A DNA stretch of 64,000 nucleotides from contig CAVPRW010000040.1 in assembly GCA_963707985.1 (NCBI GenBank), positions 1-64,000 on the forward strand, written 5' to 3'. The translations under genes and the position numbers were made by a program. The DNA is from an uncultured Nitrospinota bacterium. GTDB taxonomy: Bacteria > Tectomicrobia > Entotheonellia > J063 > CAVPRW01. The number at the start of each line of letters is the position of its first letter. Position 1 is the first letter of the stretch. This document shows, in pieces, positions 18,128-29,904 of this stretch. Below the pieces are notes generated by a model. That model was not told the origin of the DNA. It saw nothing but the letters and a program-made list of their open reading frames with translations, and did not search any database.

Positions 18128-20239
18128 TTAGAGGAGAGGGATCGTCAGGGTGAAGGTGGTGCCGCCCTCTCGATCCAAGTGGAGATTCCCCCCGAGCTGC
18201 TCGGTGAGCATCGAGATGAGTTTGAGCCCCAGGGTGTTGGTGTGCTGCCAGTCCAACGCCGGTGGAACGCCCACCCCACTATCTCGCACCCACATGGTGA
18301 GCTGGTGCGGAGTACAGTTCAGCCCCACATCGATCGTGCCGGCTCTGCCAGCGGGGAAGGCATGCTTAAGAGCGTTAGAGAAGAGTTCATGGAAGATGAG
18401 GGCGCATGGCGCTGCCTTGTCGATGTCCAACGTGAGGGGATCGGCGTGTATATTCAGCCGAATACGCCGAAGGGTCATCTCGTAGGCACGGAGGAGTTGC
18501 GTTGCCAAACGCCGCACATATACATCAAAAGGTACCCGCGACAGATCGTCCGCCTGGTAGAGGGCTTCATGGATGAGGGCCATGGCCTGGATACGCTGCC
18601 GACAATCTTGCATCAGACTCTGGAGGTGCGGGTCGTCAATGACACGGAGTTGGAGATTCAACAGGCTTGAGACAATCTGCAGGTTGTTCTTCACCCGATG
18701 ATGAATCTCCCGGAGCAGAACCTCCTTTTCCCTGAGCGAGGTCTGCAGCTGTGCCTCCGCTGCCGTGCGACGGACCAGCTCGTCCTGGGCGGCGTGATAG
18801 AGCTGAGCATTGCGAATGGCCGTCGCGGCATAGTCCGCCAGCCGCAGCAGGACGACCTCATGCTGTGCCGTAAAGGGCGGGACGCAGGATTCGAGACGTA
18901 AAGGACCCCCTCAACCCGGGAGCCGATGATGATCGGCACCGTGAGGATGGCCAGTCTGCCGTCGGTGCGTATATAGTTTACGTAGTCTTTACTGAAGCGT
19001 GTGTCTGCAGCATAGTCCGCCGTCCGCAGCGGTTGTCCAGTCGCGACCACCCATCCCCCCATCCCCTTGCCAGGTTCGATGCGGAGGTCCATGTAAGGCA
19101 TCTGTGGAAAGCCCACCTGATAGCGACTGACCAGGGATTCGCTACCTGGCTCGCGCAGCATGATGAGTCCACGCTCGCTGTCGCACAGCTCTTGTGCTCC
19201 TTCAGCCACCCGCTGCAGGACCATGTCCAGCTCCAGCGAGGTGTTGAGGGTCTGTGCCAGCTGGGCCAATATTTCGGCCTCACGCTGCCGCTGCAGGCGC
19301 TCCGCCTCCGCCTGTTTACGTGCGGTTATCTCCATACCCACACCGAGCATGCGCCGCGGCTGGTCGGTTTCATCATACAACACTCGCCCCTTACCCAACA
19401 TCCAATGGACGCTGCCGTCCGGCCACAGAATGCGAAATTCCGCCTCAAAGGCAGTCCCGGACTTCAACGCATGGGCCACCGCTTGCCTGAACCAAGCGCG
19501 ATCCTCCGCATGGATGATGTCGAGAAAGGCCTCATACGTGCCTTGGAAGCTGCCAGGGGCAAAGCCGTGCATAGGTTCCAGCACCGTGGACCACTGCAGT
19601 GTGCCAGTCTGGACTTCCCACTCCCAGGCACCCATTTGCCCTGCCTCCAAGGCCAGGTACAGGCGCTCCTCCCGGTCCCTCAGTGCTAGCTTCAGCCCGC
19701 GCGCGCTCGACAACCTCCGCCTGCAGCGTCGCATTAGCCCGAGCTAGTGCGGACGTCCGCTCCTGTACCTGTCGATCGAGCTCTTCATAGGACTTTCGGA
19801 GCGCCGCCTCGCCCCGCACACGCTCGGTAGCGTCATGGGCCATGGCCAGGATAGCCTTGCGTCCGCGAAAGACGACCGCAGACCGGACAATGTCGACATC
19901 GATGATCGTGCCATTCTGGGTGCGGTGGCGCCACATGTTGGGCAGCTCGCCACCCGTGCGGTCCTGTGCGACAGGCGACCGTTGACTGTGGGATAGCACA
20001 AGGGGGACTTCCTCCGGCAGGCGGAGGTCCTGCATGGTCATGCGTGAGAACTCGTCCCGTGTGTAGCCGTAGCGACGGATGGCAGCCTCATTCACTTCGA
20101 GGAACGCCAGCGTCACCTCATCCATAAACCACATGGGGGTAGGGTGATGCAGGAAAAGCAGCTGGTAGGAGGCCTCCTGCTCATGCCTCATTTCAACACG
20201 TGGGCGAGTGGTGACCGTGTCCGGGAGCATATCCATCAT
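18128..20239 (-). CDS. PAS-PAS-GAF sensor histidine kinase (HisKA_2/HWE-type), split by two frameshifts (~19690, ~18880)
   Basis: PAS ([19 protein letters not shown]), PAS_3 (GAWEWE...IIHAEDR...[12 protein letters not shown]), GAF, H-box [28 protein letters not shown] and DSGVG, spread over three overlapping ORFs. Confidence 0.88.
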
Positions 20240-20709
20240 CTGCACCCCTCTAGGACAGTGTGGACCGTGTCGGCCGCCTGTATACCGGAGGCGGGGTAGC
20301 TTCGGCCCAACGATATCGTCCCACGCGTCGAGAAGCTCGACAAAGCGCTGGAGGTCCAGCTTCATACAACGCTCGGGATGGACGTCATTTCCAGCGCCGA
20401 GAGGAGTTTCATCCGTAGCTCTGTGACAGCGGGGTGTCACTGCCTTCCTTATAGCGCGCCAACAGGCAGAGGTCAAGCACTGCGGTTGGTACAACTTCAT
20501 TCCGCCGCCCACACCGCTCCTAGCCGATATCGTGGGGCAAATCATGCGAGCCTGGCCTCTTCCCGAGTATTGCGGAGAGTGCGGAGAGTTTGGATAGAGG
20601 TCTTTAGGGGGAGATCGGGGCGCTTGTGGCGGTTCGCTGCACCATAGCGGGAACTAGCGGTTCGCATACATGCCGGGCCTGAAGCGGCTAGGGGGGTTGG
20701 CGCGAAGGC

Positions 20710-22092
20710 TCAGCCCTCAGGGTTACGCGGCGAACGCACTTGTGGATGCATGCGCCCAGCAACCGCTCGCACCTGTCGCGGCGCCGCTAGCCAGATGGCC
20801 CCTGCTGACAGCATACTGCAGCCAATGGCCATGCAGAAGGCCAGAGTGTAGCTGCCGGTGGCGTCGTGTACCACACCGGTCACCCACGGCCCAGCGGCCC
20901 CACCTGCAATAGCCGCGAGCATCAAGGTGCCGAAAATTGTCCCATAGTGCTGGCCCTGGAAGATTTCGGCCGGGATGGCGCCAATGACCGAGGTGAGGCC
21001 ATAGCCGAGCATTCCCTGCGAAACGACCATCAGGACGAGCAGTATCGGCGTTGCTCCCTGGCGGAGACCGAGCAGGGCCAGATAGCAGAGCGCGAAACCC
21101 AGACTCCCCACCGTCCAAACCCATTCGCGCCCGATGCGGTCTGAGACATGCCCCAGCACTATTTGGCCTGGGATTCCGGTCAGGCTGACGAAGCCCAGAG
21201 CCCAGGCAGCGTGCGTCGCACTGACTCCCACCTCGACTAGATATTTCGTCTGGTGCACCTGCACCGCGTACCAGGCGTACAAACCACAGCCATATCCCAC
21301 CGCGATCCACCAGAAGCGAGCCGTGCGCATGGCCCGGCCAAGCGTCCAGTCCAGCGCGACCCAAGCGGGGTCCACAACATTGGGTATCGAGTCGTCTCCT
21401 GCGCTGATGGGCCCGGTGCGGTCGCCGTCAGGCTCGAGCCCGAGATCTTCGGGGCGCCGTTTCAGCAGCAGGTTGAGCGGTGCCAGCAGCGCCAACACCA
21501 GAAGACCCAGCATCCAGCATGCGTCACGCCAGCCAGCGCGCCCAATCATGGTCTGCAACCAGGGCAGAACGATGATCGAGCCCACGCCCACCCCAGAGAA
21601 GGCGATGCTCATGGCCAGACCGCGACGGCGCACAAACCAGTTGGGGAGAAAGAGCGATTGACCGGTATATCCCAGACAGTTGGCGCCACCGCCGACGAGC
21701 ACGCCGAGCGTGGCATAAAGGTGCCACGGCTGGCGCACCAGCGGGGCCAGCATCAATCCGGCCGCCATGCATCCCACGCCGATCTCGATCACCACCCGCG
21801 GGCCGCGGCGATCCATAAGGCGGCCGACAAAGGGGCTCAGGACGGCCGAGACCAGAAAGCCAAAAGAGAACGCCCCTGCCGTCACGCCGCGCTCCCAGCC
21901 GAACTCCTCGAGAATGGGAGGGAAAAGGAGCGAAAAGGCGGTACGCGTGCTGACGCCCAGGCCCATGGTAACAAAGGCCACGGCCACGACGACCCAGCCA
22001 TAGAAGAAGGGGAGACGCTGGGGACTGAAGGTCCCCGACCATGGCCTAAGAGACACCCCGGACACCTGAGGTCTCCTTCGACCGTAGCTCAT
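20710..22092 (-). CDS. MFS transporter (OFA/MCT-like)
   Basis: FFYGWVVV, GRLMDRRGPR, NWFVRRRGLA and GHVSDRIGR; 12 TM segments. Confidence 0.92.
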   Translation of the reverse strand: MSYGRRRPQVSGVSLRPWSGTFSPQRLPFFYGWVVVAVAFVTMGLGVSTRTAFSLLFPPILEEFGWERGVTAGAFSFGFLVSAVLSPFVGRLMDRRGPRVVIEIGVGCMAAGLMLAPLVRQPWHLYATLGVLVGGGANCLGYTGQSLFLPNWFVRRRGLAMSIAFSGVGVGSIIVLPWLQTMIGRAGWRDACWMLGLLVLALLAPLNLLLKRRPEDLGLEPDGDRTGPISAGDDSIPNVVDPAWVALDWTLGRAMRTARFWWIAVGYGCGLYAWYAVQVHQTKYLVEVGVSATHAAWALGFVSLTGIPGQIVLGHVSDRIGREWVWTVGSLGFALCYLALLGLRQGATPILLVLMVVSQGMLGYGLTSVIGAIPAEIFQGQHYGTIFGTLMLAAIAGGAAGPWVTGVVHDATGSYTLAFCMAIGCSMLSAGAIWLAAPRQVRAVAGRMHPQVRSPRNPEG

Positions 22093-22286
22093 CGTGTCGC
22101 CTCTGCTGCCGACGCCGGCATCAGGTGCATTGGGAGCTCGCCTCAGCTATAGGAGTCATACGACGGCAATCATCCATCACGCGAGCCCGGTCGGACGGCA
22201 CGCTCTCCTCTCTAGCAGAGAGCCGGATGGACCGTTCCCAGAACGCTTCCTTCACGCACGCGCTCCGGAAGCGCAATCATCAGCCA

Positions 22287-22844
22287 TTAGACCGGCAAAA
22301 CGGGCTCGGTACGCTGTTCTGGTAACTGCACGTCAAAGGCATTGAGGATGAACGCCGTCTGGGCGTAGGAGCCCATCAAGACTGTCAGTTCCGACAGGTG
22401 TTGAGCCCCGAACTGATCCAGGGCAGCCTGGAAGGTCTTTTGGCTGACCTTGTGGGTTTGGAAAAACTCCATGGCGTAGTTGACCACCGCCGCTTCATCG
22501 GCGCTCATCGGCGGTAAGGGTTGACGGTCCCGCAGCGCGTTAATCAAGGCATCGCTCACCCCGGCTCGACGGGCAGCCGGTGCATGGGCGTTCCAGACAT
22601 AGGGGCAGTCCATCGCCCGGGCCGTCGTGATAATCGCCAGTTCCTGGATTCTCTTGGGAAAGGTGGTTTCGTACCGCAGGTAACTGGTCAAATGGTTGCG
22701 GCGGCGGGCCATCTCCGGGCTGTTGATGGTAATCGACCCTGGGCCGGAGGCAATGACTCCGCCGCTTTCGGCGGTCAGCGCGTCGAACGCTTCGCGAAAC
22801 TGTTCCGGGACCTGCTCGCGCTTAACGATGGGTACACGTGCCAT
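22287..22844 (-). CDS. Carboxymuconolactone decarboxylase/AhpD-like protein
   Basis: ELAIITTARAMDCPYVWNAHAPAARRAGV motif; GAGGAGG RBS before the ATG at 22844. Confidence 0.85.
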   Translation of the reverse strand: MARVPIVKREQVPEQFREAFDALTAESGGVIASGPGSITINSPEMARRRNHLTSYLRYETTFPKRIQELAIITTARAMDCPYVWNAHAPAARRAGVSDALINALRDRQPLPPMSADEAAVVNYAMEFFQTHKVSQKTFQAALDQFGAQHLSELTVLMGSYAQTAFILNAFDVQLPEQRTEPVLPV

Positions 22845-23106
22845 AACAGTCCTCCTCCCCTTGTGCAAACGGACACTCTTCCCGTGCTGCTTCGTTCAGT
22901 TCCAGTCGCAAAGCCCCTGAGCTCCAGGGGTGGCAGCAGTCTTAGCAGCCCTATAGTACTCGTCGCCCTATGCTGTGGCAAGCGTTATAGGTGTCGATCT
23001 CGAACTGATGGGGCTCGAAGGGTAAACCATCCGGGTGGCAGTGTCACACCGTGTCGCATCGCGTCCAGTGTTGCCGTGCTGCGGTCCCTTGCTGGTGAAA
23101 AAATGG

Positions 23107-23135
23107 TTGACGTTCAGGGAGATGTCGCCTAGCAT
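23107..23135 (+). promoter_or_regulatory. Candidate sigma-70 promoter for rimO-tmk
   Basis: TTGACG-17 bp-TAGCAT. Confidence 0.45.
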
Positions 23136-23346
23136 AACGCGGCATAACTCTTCTGATTTTTAGCACTGTTACAGGCCTCGTACACCCTAAGGGCATCGTC
23201 ACTCATGCTTTGGCTCACGCTCTATACACGCTTTACACGCTTACAGCGTGGTGCGTGTCGACGCGGGAGGCACCGAAAGCACGCAGGTCACGCGGAAGGC
23301 GATGGGGTCGGGAACAGATGCACCGGTGGTCAAAGGAGATAAGTCG

Positions 23347-24735
23347 GTGGCAAAGACGGTCGGGTTGATCGGCTTGGGATGTGCGAAGAATCGGGTCGAT
23401 GGCGAGGTCATGCTCGGCTTGTTGCAGCAGGCAGGCTATGAGGTGGCGGCCGATCCGGAGCAGGCGGACACCATCATCATCCATACGTGTGGCTTCATCG
23501 GCGCCGCCAAAGAGGAGTCGATCGACACCATTGTTGAGGCCGCCGAGTGGCGCAAACGGGGCAAACGTCTGGTGGTCACCGGCTGCCTGGTACAACGCTA
23601 TGCCCAGGAGTTGCGCCGCGAGCTGCCCGAGATCGATGCCTTCATGGGGACCGCCGACTTGCAGCGCATCGTCGAGGTCTGCGACACTGTGACCGCCGCG
23701 CCTTCTACTCCCCCTCGACGTCCGGCCTCACGCCGTAAGCCCGTGGAGCCGAAGGTCTGGTTAGGCGATCCGCCGTACCTCTACGATGCCGATACCCCAC
23801 GCCTGCTGTCGACGCCGAGCCATTATGCCTACGTGAAAGTGGCTGAAGGTTGTAGCTATCGCTGTGCTTTCTGCAGCATTCCCTCGATGCGTGGGGATCA
23901 GCGCAGCCGCCCCATCGAATCGATTGTGCAGGAGGCCCATCACTTAGCGGCACGCGGCGTCAAGGAGCTTATCCTGATCTCCCAAAACACCACGGCCTAT
24001 GGGCGCGACCTCTACGGCAAGCCGTGCCTGCCGGCCTTGTTGCGTGCCTTGGCGCAGGTCGAGGGCATTGCGTGGGTTCGTTTTCTGTACGCCTATCCGG
24101 CGGACGTCCGAGATGATGTCATCGCCACCATGGCTGAGGAACCCAAGGTTTGCAACTACCTCGAGATGCCCTTGCAGCATTGCGATGCACGGGTATTGAA
24201 AGCGATGAACCGCGGTGGCAGTCGTGCCGAACTGGAGCAGCTGATCTCCAAGCTCCGCCACCACATCCCAGGGTTGACCTTGCGCACCACGTTCATCGTC
24301 GGCTTCCCCGGCGAAACAGCGGCGGAGTTTCGTGAGCTGAAAGCATTTGTCGAATGGGCGCGCTTTGAGCGCATGGGGGCGTTCACCTATTCCCAGGAGG
24401 ACGGTACACCAGCGGGTGGAATGACCGGCCAGATTACCACAAGGGTCAAAGAGCAGCGGCGGCATCGTTTGATGGAATGCCAGCGTGACATCTCCTGGGC
24501 GTTCAACCAAACACTCATTGGCCAACACCTACTGGTGCTGATCGACGGCTTCTCCGATGCGGAACAGATGTGGGAGGGGCGCTACGAGGGGCAGGCGCCG
24601 GAGATCGATGGCGTGGTCTACGTGCAGAGTGCACACCTCACGCCGGGAATGTTCGTGCAGGTCGAAGTGACTGAGGTCACGGAGTACGACCTGATCGGCC
24701 ATCCGGTCGAAGCCCTAAATGGGCATGCCAGATGA
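23347..24735 (+). CDS. rimO: Ribosomal protein S12 methylthiotransferase
   Basis: LGCAKNRVDGE, TCGFI..AKEESI, VTGCLVQRY, radical SAM EGCSYRCAFCSIP and TRAM domain QAPEIDG; AAGGAG RBS before the GTG at 23347. Confidence 0.96.
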   Translation: MAKTVGLIGLGCAKNRVDGEVMLGLLQQAGYEVAADPEQADTIIIHTCGFIGAAKEESIDTIVEAAEWRKRGKRLVVTGCLVQRYAQELRRELPEIDAFMGTADLQRIVEVCDTVTAAPSTPPRRPASRRKPVEPKVWLGDPPYLYDADTPRLLSTPSHYAYVKVAEGCSYRCAFCSIPSMRGDQRSRPIESIVQEAHHLAARGVKELILISQNTTAYGRDLYGKPCLPALLRALAQVEGIAWVRFLYAYPADVRDDVIATMAEEPKVCNYLEMPLQHCDARVLKAMNRGGSRAELEQLISKLRHHIPGLTLRTTFIVGFPGETAAEFRELKAFVEWARFERMGAFTYSQEDGTPAGGMTGQITTRVKEQRRHRLMECQRDISWAFNQTLIGQHLLVLIDGFSDAEQMWEGRYEGQAPEIDGVVYVQSAHLTPGMFVQVEVTEVTEYDLIGHPVEALNGHAR

Positions 24736-25388
24736 CAGCTCAGCGACCTCTGGCACGTGGCGTCCTGGTGGCCCTGGAGGGCATTGACGGCACGGGCAAA
24801 AGCACCCAGGCGAAACGTCTTGCCGTGCTGCTGAGCGAGCAGGGCTATGCGGTGACCCTGTTGCGCGAACCGACGCTGAGCCCCTGGGGTCGTCGCATCC
24901 GCGAAGCGGCCACCGCGGGCTATGGCGTTTTGGCACCATCGCAAGAGTTGGAGCTGTTCCTACAGGATCGGCGCTACGATGTGGCAGCGCATATCACCCC
25001 GGCGTTAGCTGCTCGACAGCTGGTGCTGATGGATCGCTATTATTTCTCCACCATCGCCTATCAGGGGGCTTGGGGAATTGACCCCGAATACATTCGGCGT
25101 CTGAACGAGGTCTTTGCCCCGGTGCCCGATCTGGTGCTGTTGCTCATGATTCCGCCAGCGCAGGCGCTCGAACGTATTCGCCAGGCGCGGGGTCAAGCGG
25201 ACGATGTGTTCGAACGGGAAGATCATCTGACCAAAGTCGATCGTGTATATCGTACCTTGATGGGCCCCCAGGTGCACTCCGTCGATGCCAGCCAGCCGAT
25301 CGAAGTCGTGACGGCAGTCATGCAGCAGAAGATTCAGGACACTCTCACCATATGCTCCCTCAGCTCTCCAGCGCAGGGGAGAGAGTAA
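24732..25388 (+). CDS. tmk: Thymidylate kinase
   Basis: EGIDGTGKSTQ P-loop, REP, DRYYFSTIAYQG and PDL; ATGA overlap with rimO. Confidence 0.95.
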   Translation: MTAQRPLARGVLVALEGIDGTGKSTQAKRLAVLLSEQGYAVTLLREPTLSPWGRRIREAATAGYGVLAPSQELELFLQDRRYDVAAHITPALAARQLVLMDRYYFSTIAYQGAWGIDPEYIRRLNEVFAPVPDLVLLLMIPPAQALERIRQARGQADDVFEREDHLTKVDRVYRTLMGPQVHSVDASQPIEVVTAVMQQKIQDTLTICSLSSPAQGRE

Positions 25389-25428
25389 CCTTTCCTCTCC
25401 TAATCAAGGGAAGAGGATTAAGGTGAGG
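25343..25428. repeat. Degenerate BoxC-like palindromic element(s)
   Basis: TTCCTCTCCTAATCAAGGGAAGAGGATTAAGGTGAGG resembles the CCCTCTCCC-n-GGGAGAGGGTTAGGGTGAGGG copies at 28761 and 31558. Confidence 0.5.
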
Positions 25429-25484
25429 CGGCGGTCCTCGCTGAAACGCCGGCCCGCAGCTTGGCGTAGGGTTCGGAAACAGCC

Positions 25485-26714
25485 ATGCACCAAGAGCTGG
25501 ACGGATGGGTCATCGCAAATCTCTTTTTGATCCTGTTCATTGGGGTGGCTGATTATCAAATCATTGCCCCACTGCTGCCGGCCATTGCAGCCTTCCTGGG
25601 GGTCAGTGTCAGCGTCACAGGACTGCTGGTGGTGGTCTACTCGTTGGCTGCGGCAGGTGCGGCTCTGGTGGCGGGTGTTTGGTCGGACCGCTTGGGCCGC
25701 AACGTCTTCCTGACGGGGGGGCTGCTGGTGTTCTCCCTGAGTTCGTTGGCCACGGCCTACGCGGCGGACTTGGGGTGGTTGCTGCTATGCCGGATCCTGA
25801 CGGGCATGGCGGCCGGGGTCCTATCGGCCTGCTCGATCGCTTACGCCGGGGATTATTTCGCCTACCGGATTCGCGGACAGGTGCTGGGATACATCTCCAT
25901 GGCCAATTGGGCTGCCACGGTCGTGGTGGTCCCCGTGGCGGCCTACGTGGCTGAGCGCCTGGGCTGGCAGAAAAACTTCCTCGGACTGGCTATTGCCGGG
26001 TTGGGTGTCAGCATGTTGAACTTCGTCTGCCTGCCGCGGCTCCGCCCTCACCGCTCGGCGGCGGAGCATCTCTCCGCCAGGGAGCTTGACAGTGCCTGTG
26101 CCGCAAGGCGGCCCGCTGGCACGGCGCGCAGCTTTCTCTCGTGCCCTGACCTCATCGGCTGCTTGGTCATCGCCTTTTGTGTGTCTGGGGGCATCGTTGG
26201 AGCGACTACGTATGCCGGCGCCTGGATGAATGTGCAGTTTCGAGTGACTACGCGGGTCATCGGGCTGGTCTTTCTGGCCGGAGGCCTGATGGCGCTGGTG
26301 GGAGCCGCCCTGGGGGGTGCGGCGTCAGACCGGTACGGCAAGAAGTCGGTGGGCATTGCTAGCAGCGTCCTGCTGGCCCTCTCCTTAGGGCTCCTGCCGT
26401 TACTGCCGTGGAGCGGTCTCCTCGTGGGTGTATTCGCCCTTGCCAACTTCGCGGCGGCGTGCCGGCAGGGGCCGGTGACCGCGCTGATGACTGAACTGGC
26501 GCCGTTGCAGGGGCGGGGGGCCTTCATTGCGATGCGCAACGCGGCTTCCCAGATCGGCATTGCCACCACGGCGTTGCTTGGTGGCATCCTGTTCGAACGG
26601 TTTGGCTACGGCGGCGTGGGGGTTCTCTGTACGGCGCTGACTCTGGTCGTGGTCCTCCTGCTCAGTATACAGATTCAAGAGCCCCTCGGTGGATCGGGAT
26701 TCGATCCGAAATAA
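25485..26714 (+). CDS. MFS transporter (DHA1-like)
   Basis: GVWSDRLGR, RILTGMAAG and GAASDRYGKK; 12 TM segments. Confidence 0.9.
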   Translation: MHQELDGWVIANLFLILFIGVADYQIIAPLLPAIAAFLGVSVSVTGLLVVVYSLAAAGAALVAGVWSDRLGRNVFLTGGLLVFSLSSLATAYAADLGWLLLCRILTGMAAGVLSACSIAYAGDYFAYRIRGQVLGYISMANWAATVVVVPVAAYVAERLGWQKNFLGLAIAGLGVSMLNFVCLPRLRPHRSAAEHLSARELDSACAARRPAGTARSFLSCPDLIGCLVIAFCVSGGIVGATTYAGAWMNVQFRVTTRVIGLVFLAGGLMALVGAALGGAASDRYGKKSVGIASSVLLALSLGLLPLLPWSGLLVGVFALANFAAACRQGPVTALMTELAPLQGRGAFIAMRNAASQIGIATTALLGGILFERFGYGGVGVLCTALTLVVVLLLSIQIQEPLGGSGFDPK

Positions 26715-26928
26715 GGAGATCCCATGGCCGTTCCTCCAGGCGGCAAGCATCCTGACCTGCGAAGCCTTCTCCGCGGCCGCTGATCCCAACTACTGAAGAC
26801 GCCGGCCGGGTGGCCGGTCGCCCTTACATAGGGCATATTCATCTGAGATGACGGGCCAAGATTCTGTGGAAGAGCGGCACGCGGGAGGTGGGATATGGCG
26901 GGACCACGGATGCGCAACGGAGGTGTCT

Positions 26929-28738
26929 ATGGCACTTGACGAATGCGACCTGCGCACATGGGTGCGTCGAGTGGCAACCGGGGAGGCGAACCGCCGGGGA
27001 TTCATCCGCGCCATGCTGGGGCTTGGCCTCTCAGGATCCCTCATCGCGGAGATGCTTGCGACGCATACGTCCGCAATAGCTCAGGGGATCAGAGTCGCAC
27101 AACCAACCTTCACCCCAACCCGGCGCGGGGGTGGGGGGAAGCTGCGACTACTGTATTGGCAGGCGCCTACGATCCTCAACGCCCACTTCGCCGCCGGCAC
27201 GAAGGACGTTGCGGCTTCGCGCGTCGTCTACGAACCGTTGTTCTCCATCGATCCCGATGGCGATTTCATCCCGAGTCCTAGCGGAGGAGATCCCCAGCGT
27301 CGAGAACGGCAGCCGCTCGCAGGATGGCACCTGGACGATCTGGCGCCTCAAACAGGGGGTGGTCTGGCACGACGGCAAGCCCTTCACCGCCGACGATGTG
27401 ATCTTCACCTGGGAGTATGCCACCGACCCGGCCACGGCCACCACCAGCCGCGGGATGTATGAAAATATCCGCCGCATCGAGAAGCTCGACGACCAGACAA
27501 TCAAGGTGGTGTTTGCCGAACCCAGCCCCTCGCTGGCACGAAGCCGGCCGCGGGCAGATTCTGCCCAGGCACCTCTTCGCCGAGTACACAGGGGCAACGC
27601 GCGCACGAGGCACCGTATAATCTCAAACCGGTGGGCACCGGGCCGTACAAGATCGTCGACATTCAGGCCGGGGGATGTGGTACTCTATGAGATCAATCCG
27701 CACTATCACGTGCCCAACCGGCCCTTCTTCGACACCGTCGAGCTGAAGGGGGGCGGAGATGCCATCTCCGCGGCGCGAGCTGTGCTCCAGACGGGCGAGT
27801 TCGATTTCGCCTGGAATACCCAGATCGATAAGGACGTCATGGAGCGGCTGGAACAACAGGGGCGTACGGGTGCGTTTCGGATGTTCCCTGGCACGAGTGT
27901 CGAGCACATTAGGCTCAATCGCACCGACCCGTGGACCGAGGTGGATGGCGAGCGCAGCAGCGTCAAGGCGCCGCATCCCTTTTTCACCGACCACCTGGTG
28001 CGGCAGGCCTATGCGGCAGCTGTGGATCGGCGGACCATCGCCGAGCAACTCTACGGCGCGGCCGGCCAACCCACCAGCAACTTCCTCAACGCCCCCAAGC
28101 AGTTTAGTCACCGAATACCCGCTGGGAGTTCGATCTCGAAAAAGCTGCACAGTTGTTGGAGCAGGCCGGCTGGAGGCGGGGGCGCGACGGCATGCGCGTC
28201 AAGGAGGGCCGACGCATGAAGGTCCTGTTCCAGAGCTCAGCCAATCAGGTCCGCCAGAAGACGCAGGCCATCGTGAAGAATGCTCTGGAGCGGATCGGCG
28301 TCGAGGTCGAGCTAAAGGCGGTGCCGGCGAACGTCTTTTTCGCCAGCGACCCGGGTAATCCCGATACATTCTCCCATTTTTACGCGGATATGCAGCTGGT
28401 TTGCCAATAGCCTTGGGTTCGATCCGCAGGGTCCGATGCGCTTCTTCGTGAGCTGGGAGATCGCGCAAAAGGCCAACAACTGGGCCGGCCGGAACGTCGT
28501 ACGCTGGACCAACGCCGAGTACGATCGCCTCTGGAAGCAAGCGGAGACCGAGCTGGACCCGGTCAACCGCGCCGCACTCTTCATTCGGATGAACGATCTC
28601 TTGATCGAGGATGTGGTGGTCATCCCGATGGTCTGGCGTCAGGAGGTGTCCGCGGTGAGCCATACATTACGGGGCATGGCGTTGAGCCCCTGGGACGTGA
28701 TTCTTTGGGATCTGGCGTTTTGGTACCGGGAGGTATAG
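26929..28738 (+). pseudogene. Tat-exported peptide ABC transporter substrate-binding protein (family 5), multiply frameshifted
   Basis: NRRGFIR Tat motif; LYWQAPTILN, LAEEIPSVENG, WHDGKPFTADDV, LQTGEFDFAWN, WAGRNVVRW and WDLAFWYRE occur in different frames (breaks near 27270, 27530-27660, 28110 and 28405). Confidence 0.85.
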
Positions 28739-28760
28739 GCGAACGCCCCCACCATTGAGT

Positions 28761-28794
28761 CCCCTCTCCCTCTGGGAGAGGGTTAGGGTGAGGG
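28761..28794. repeat. BoxC-like intergenic palindromic repeat
   Basis: CCCCTCTCCCTCTGGGAGAGGGTTAGGGTGAGGG; differs by one base from the copy at 31558. Confidence 0.85.
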
Positions 28795-28805
28795 TAGGGG
28801 GGAAA

Positions 28806-29765
28806 ATGTACCAATATCTCTTGCGCCGGCTCCTGATCGCTGTTCCCACCGTGCTGGGGATCAGCGCGGTGCTCTTCAGCATCCTGGCCTTGGCGCCCGG
28901 CGATCCCTTCGAGGAGATGGCACTCAATCCGGACATCCCGGCCGAGGTGCGTCTGCAGCTGCGGCACCAATTCGGTCTTGATGAGCCGCTACCCCTGCGC
29001 TATCTCCAATGGTTGACAGCCATGCTGCGGGGGGAGTGGGGCTATTCCTTCGCCAGTCGGGTCGACGTCGTCGTACTGATCTGGCAGCGACTGCCGACCA
29101 CCCTCTTCGTGCTCGGCACAGCCTATGGGCTTGCCCTCTGCATCGCCCTCCCGGTGGGGGTCGTCTCGGCGGTCAAGCCGTACTCTCTCTTCGACAATCT
29201 CGCGACGACCTTCGCCTTCATCGGCCACTCCCTGCCAACGTTTTTCACGGGGCTGCTCTTCATCCTCCTCTTCAGCCTCCACCTGGGGTGGTTCCCCTTC
29301 ATTTACAGCACGACCATCGAGGCCAAGGGCCTGGCGTGGGTCATCGAGCATTTGCGGCAGGGGGCGATGCCCATTGCGGTCCTGGGCCTGTTCGAGTCAG
29401 CCACGCTCACGCGCTTCATACGGGCCGCGATGCTGGATGTCATTCACCAGGATTTCGTGACCACAGCCAGGGCCAAGGGGCTGTCCGAGCGGCGCACTGT
29501 CCTGGGCCACGTGCTGCGCAATGCACTCATTCCGGTCGTCACTGTAGTCGCGCTCCAAGTGCCTGGCATCTTCACAGGGGCGGTGATCACGGAGCAAATC
29601 TTCCGTGTGCCGGGCATCGGCTCACTGTTAATCACCGCCATTCAAAGCTCTGACACCCCGGTGGTGATGGCCATTACCTTCATCTATGCGATCCTCATCG
29701 TCGTGTTCAACGTGATCGCCGATATCGTCTATGGGCTGTTGGACCCCCGCATTACGTATGGCTAG
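28806..29765 (+). CDS. Peptide ABC transporter permease (OppB/DppB family)
   Basis: MYQYLLRRLL, LAPGDP, DFVTTARAKGLSE (EAA loop), HVLRNALIP and LDPRI. Confidence 0.94.
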   Translation: MYQYLLRRLLIAVPTVLGISAVLFSILALAPGDPFEEMALNPDIPAEVRLQLRHQFGLDEPLPLRYLQWLTAMLRGEWGYSFASRVDVVVLIWQRLPTTLFVLGTAYGLALCIALPVGVVSAVKPYSLFDNLATTFAFIGHSLPTFFTGLLFILLFSLHLGWFPFIYSTTIEAKGLAWVIEHLRQGAMPIAVLGLFESATLTRFIRAAMLDVIHQDFVTTARAKGLSERRTVLGHVLRNALIPVVTVVALQVPGIFTGAVITEQIFRVPGIGSLLITAIQSSDTPVVMAITFIYAILIVVFNVIADIVYGLLDPRITYG

Positions 29766-29904
29766 GAACAACCCATGGATACAGACCGCAGCAAGAGGGA
29801 CCACGAGCCCATCCCTTGTACGCCGACAGCCGTGTACCTGGGATGCGGAGTAGGTCTTGATAATGTGGTAGGCTTCAGTGGGATGAAATCAAGGGGAGGC
29901 GAAC

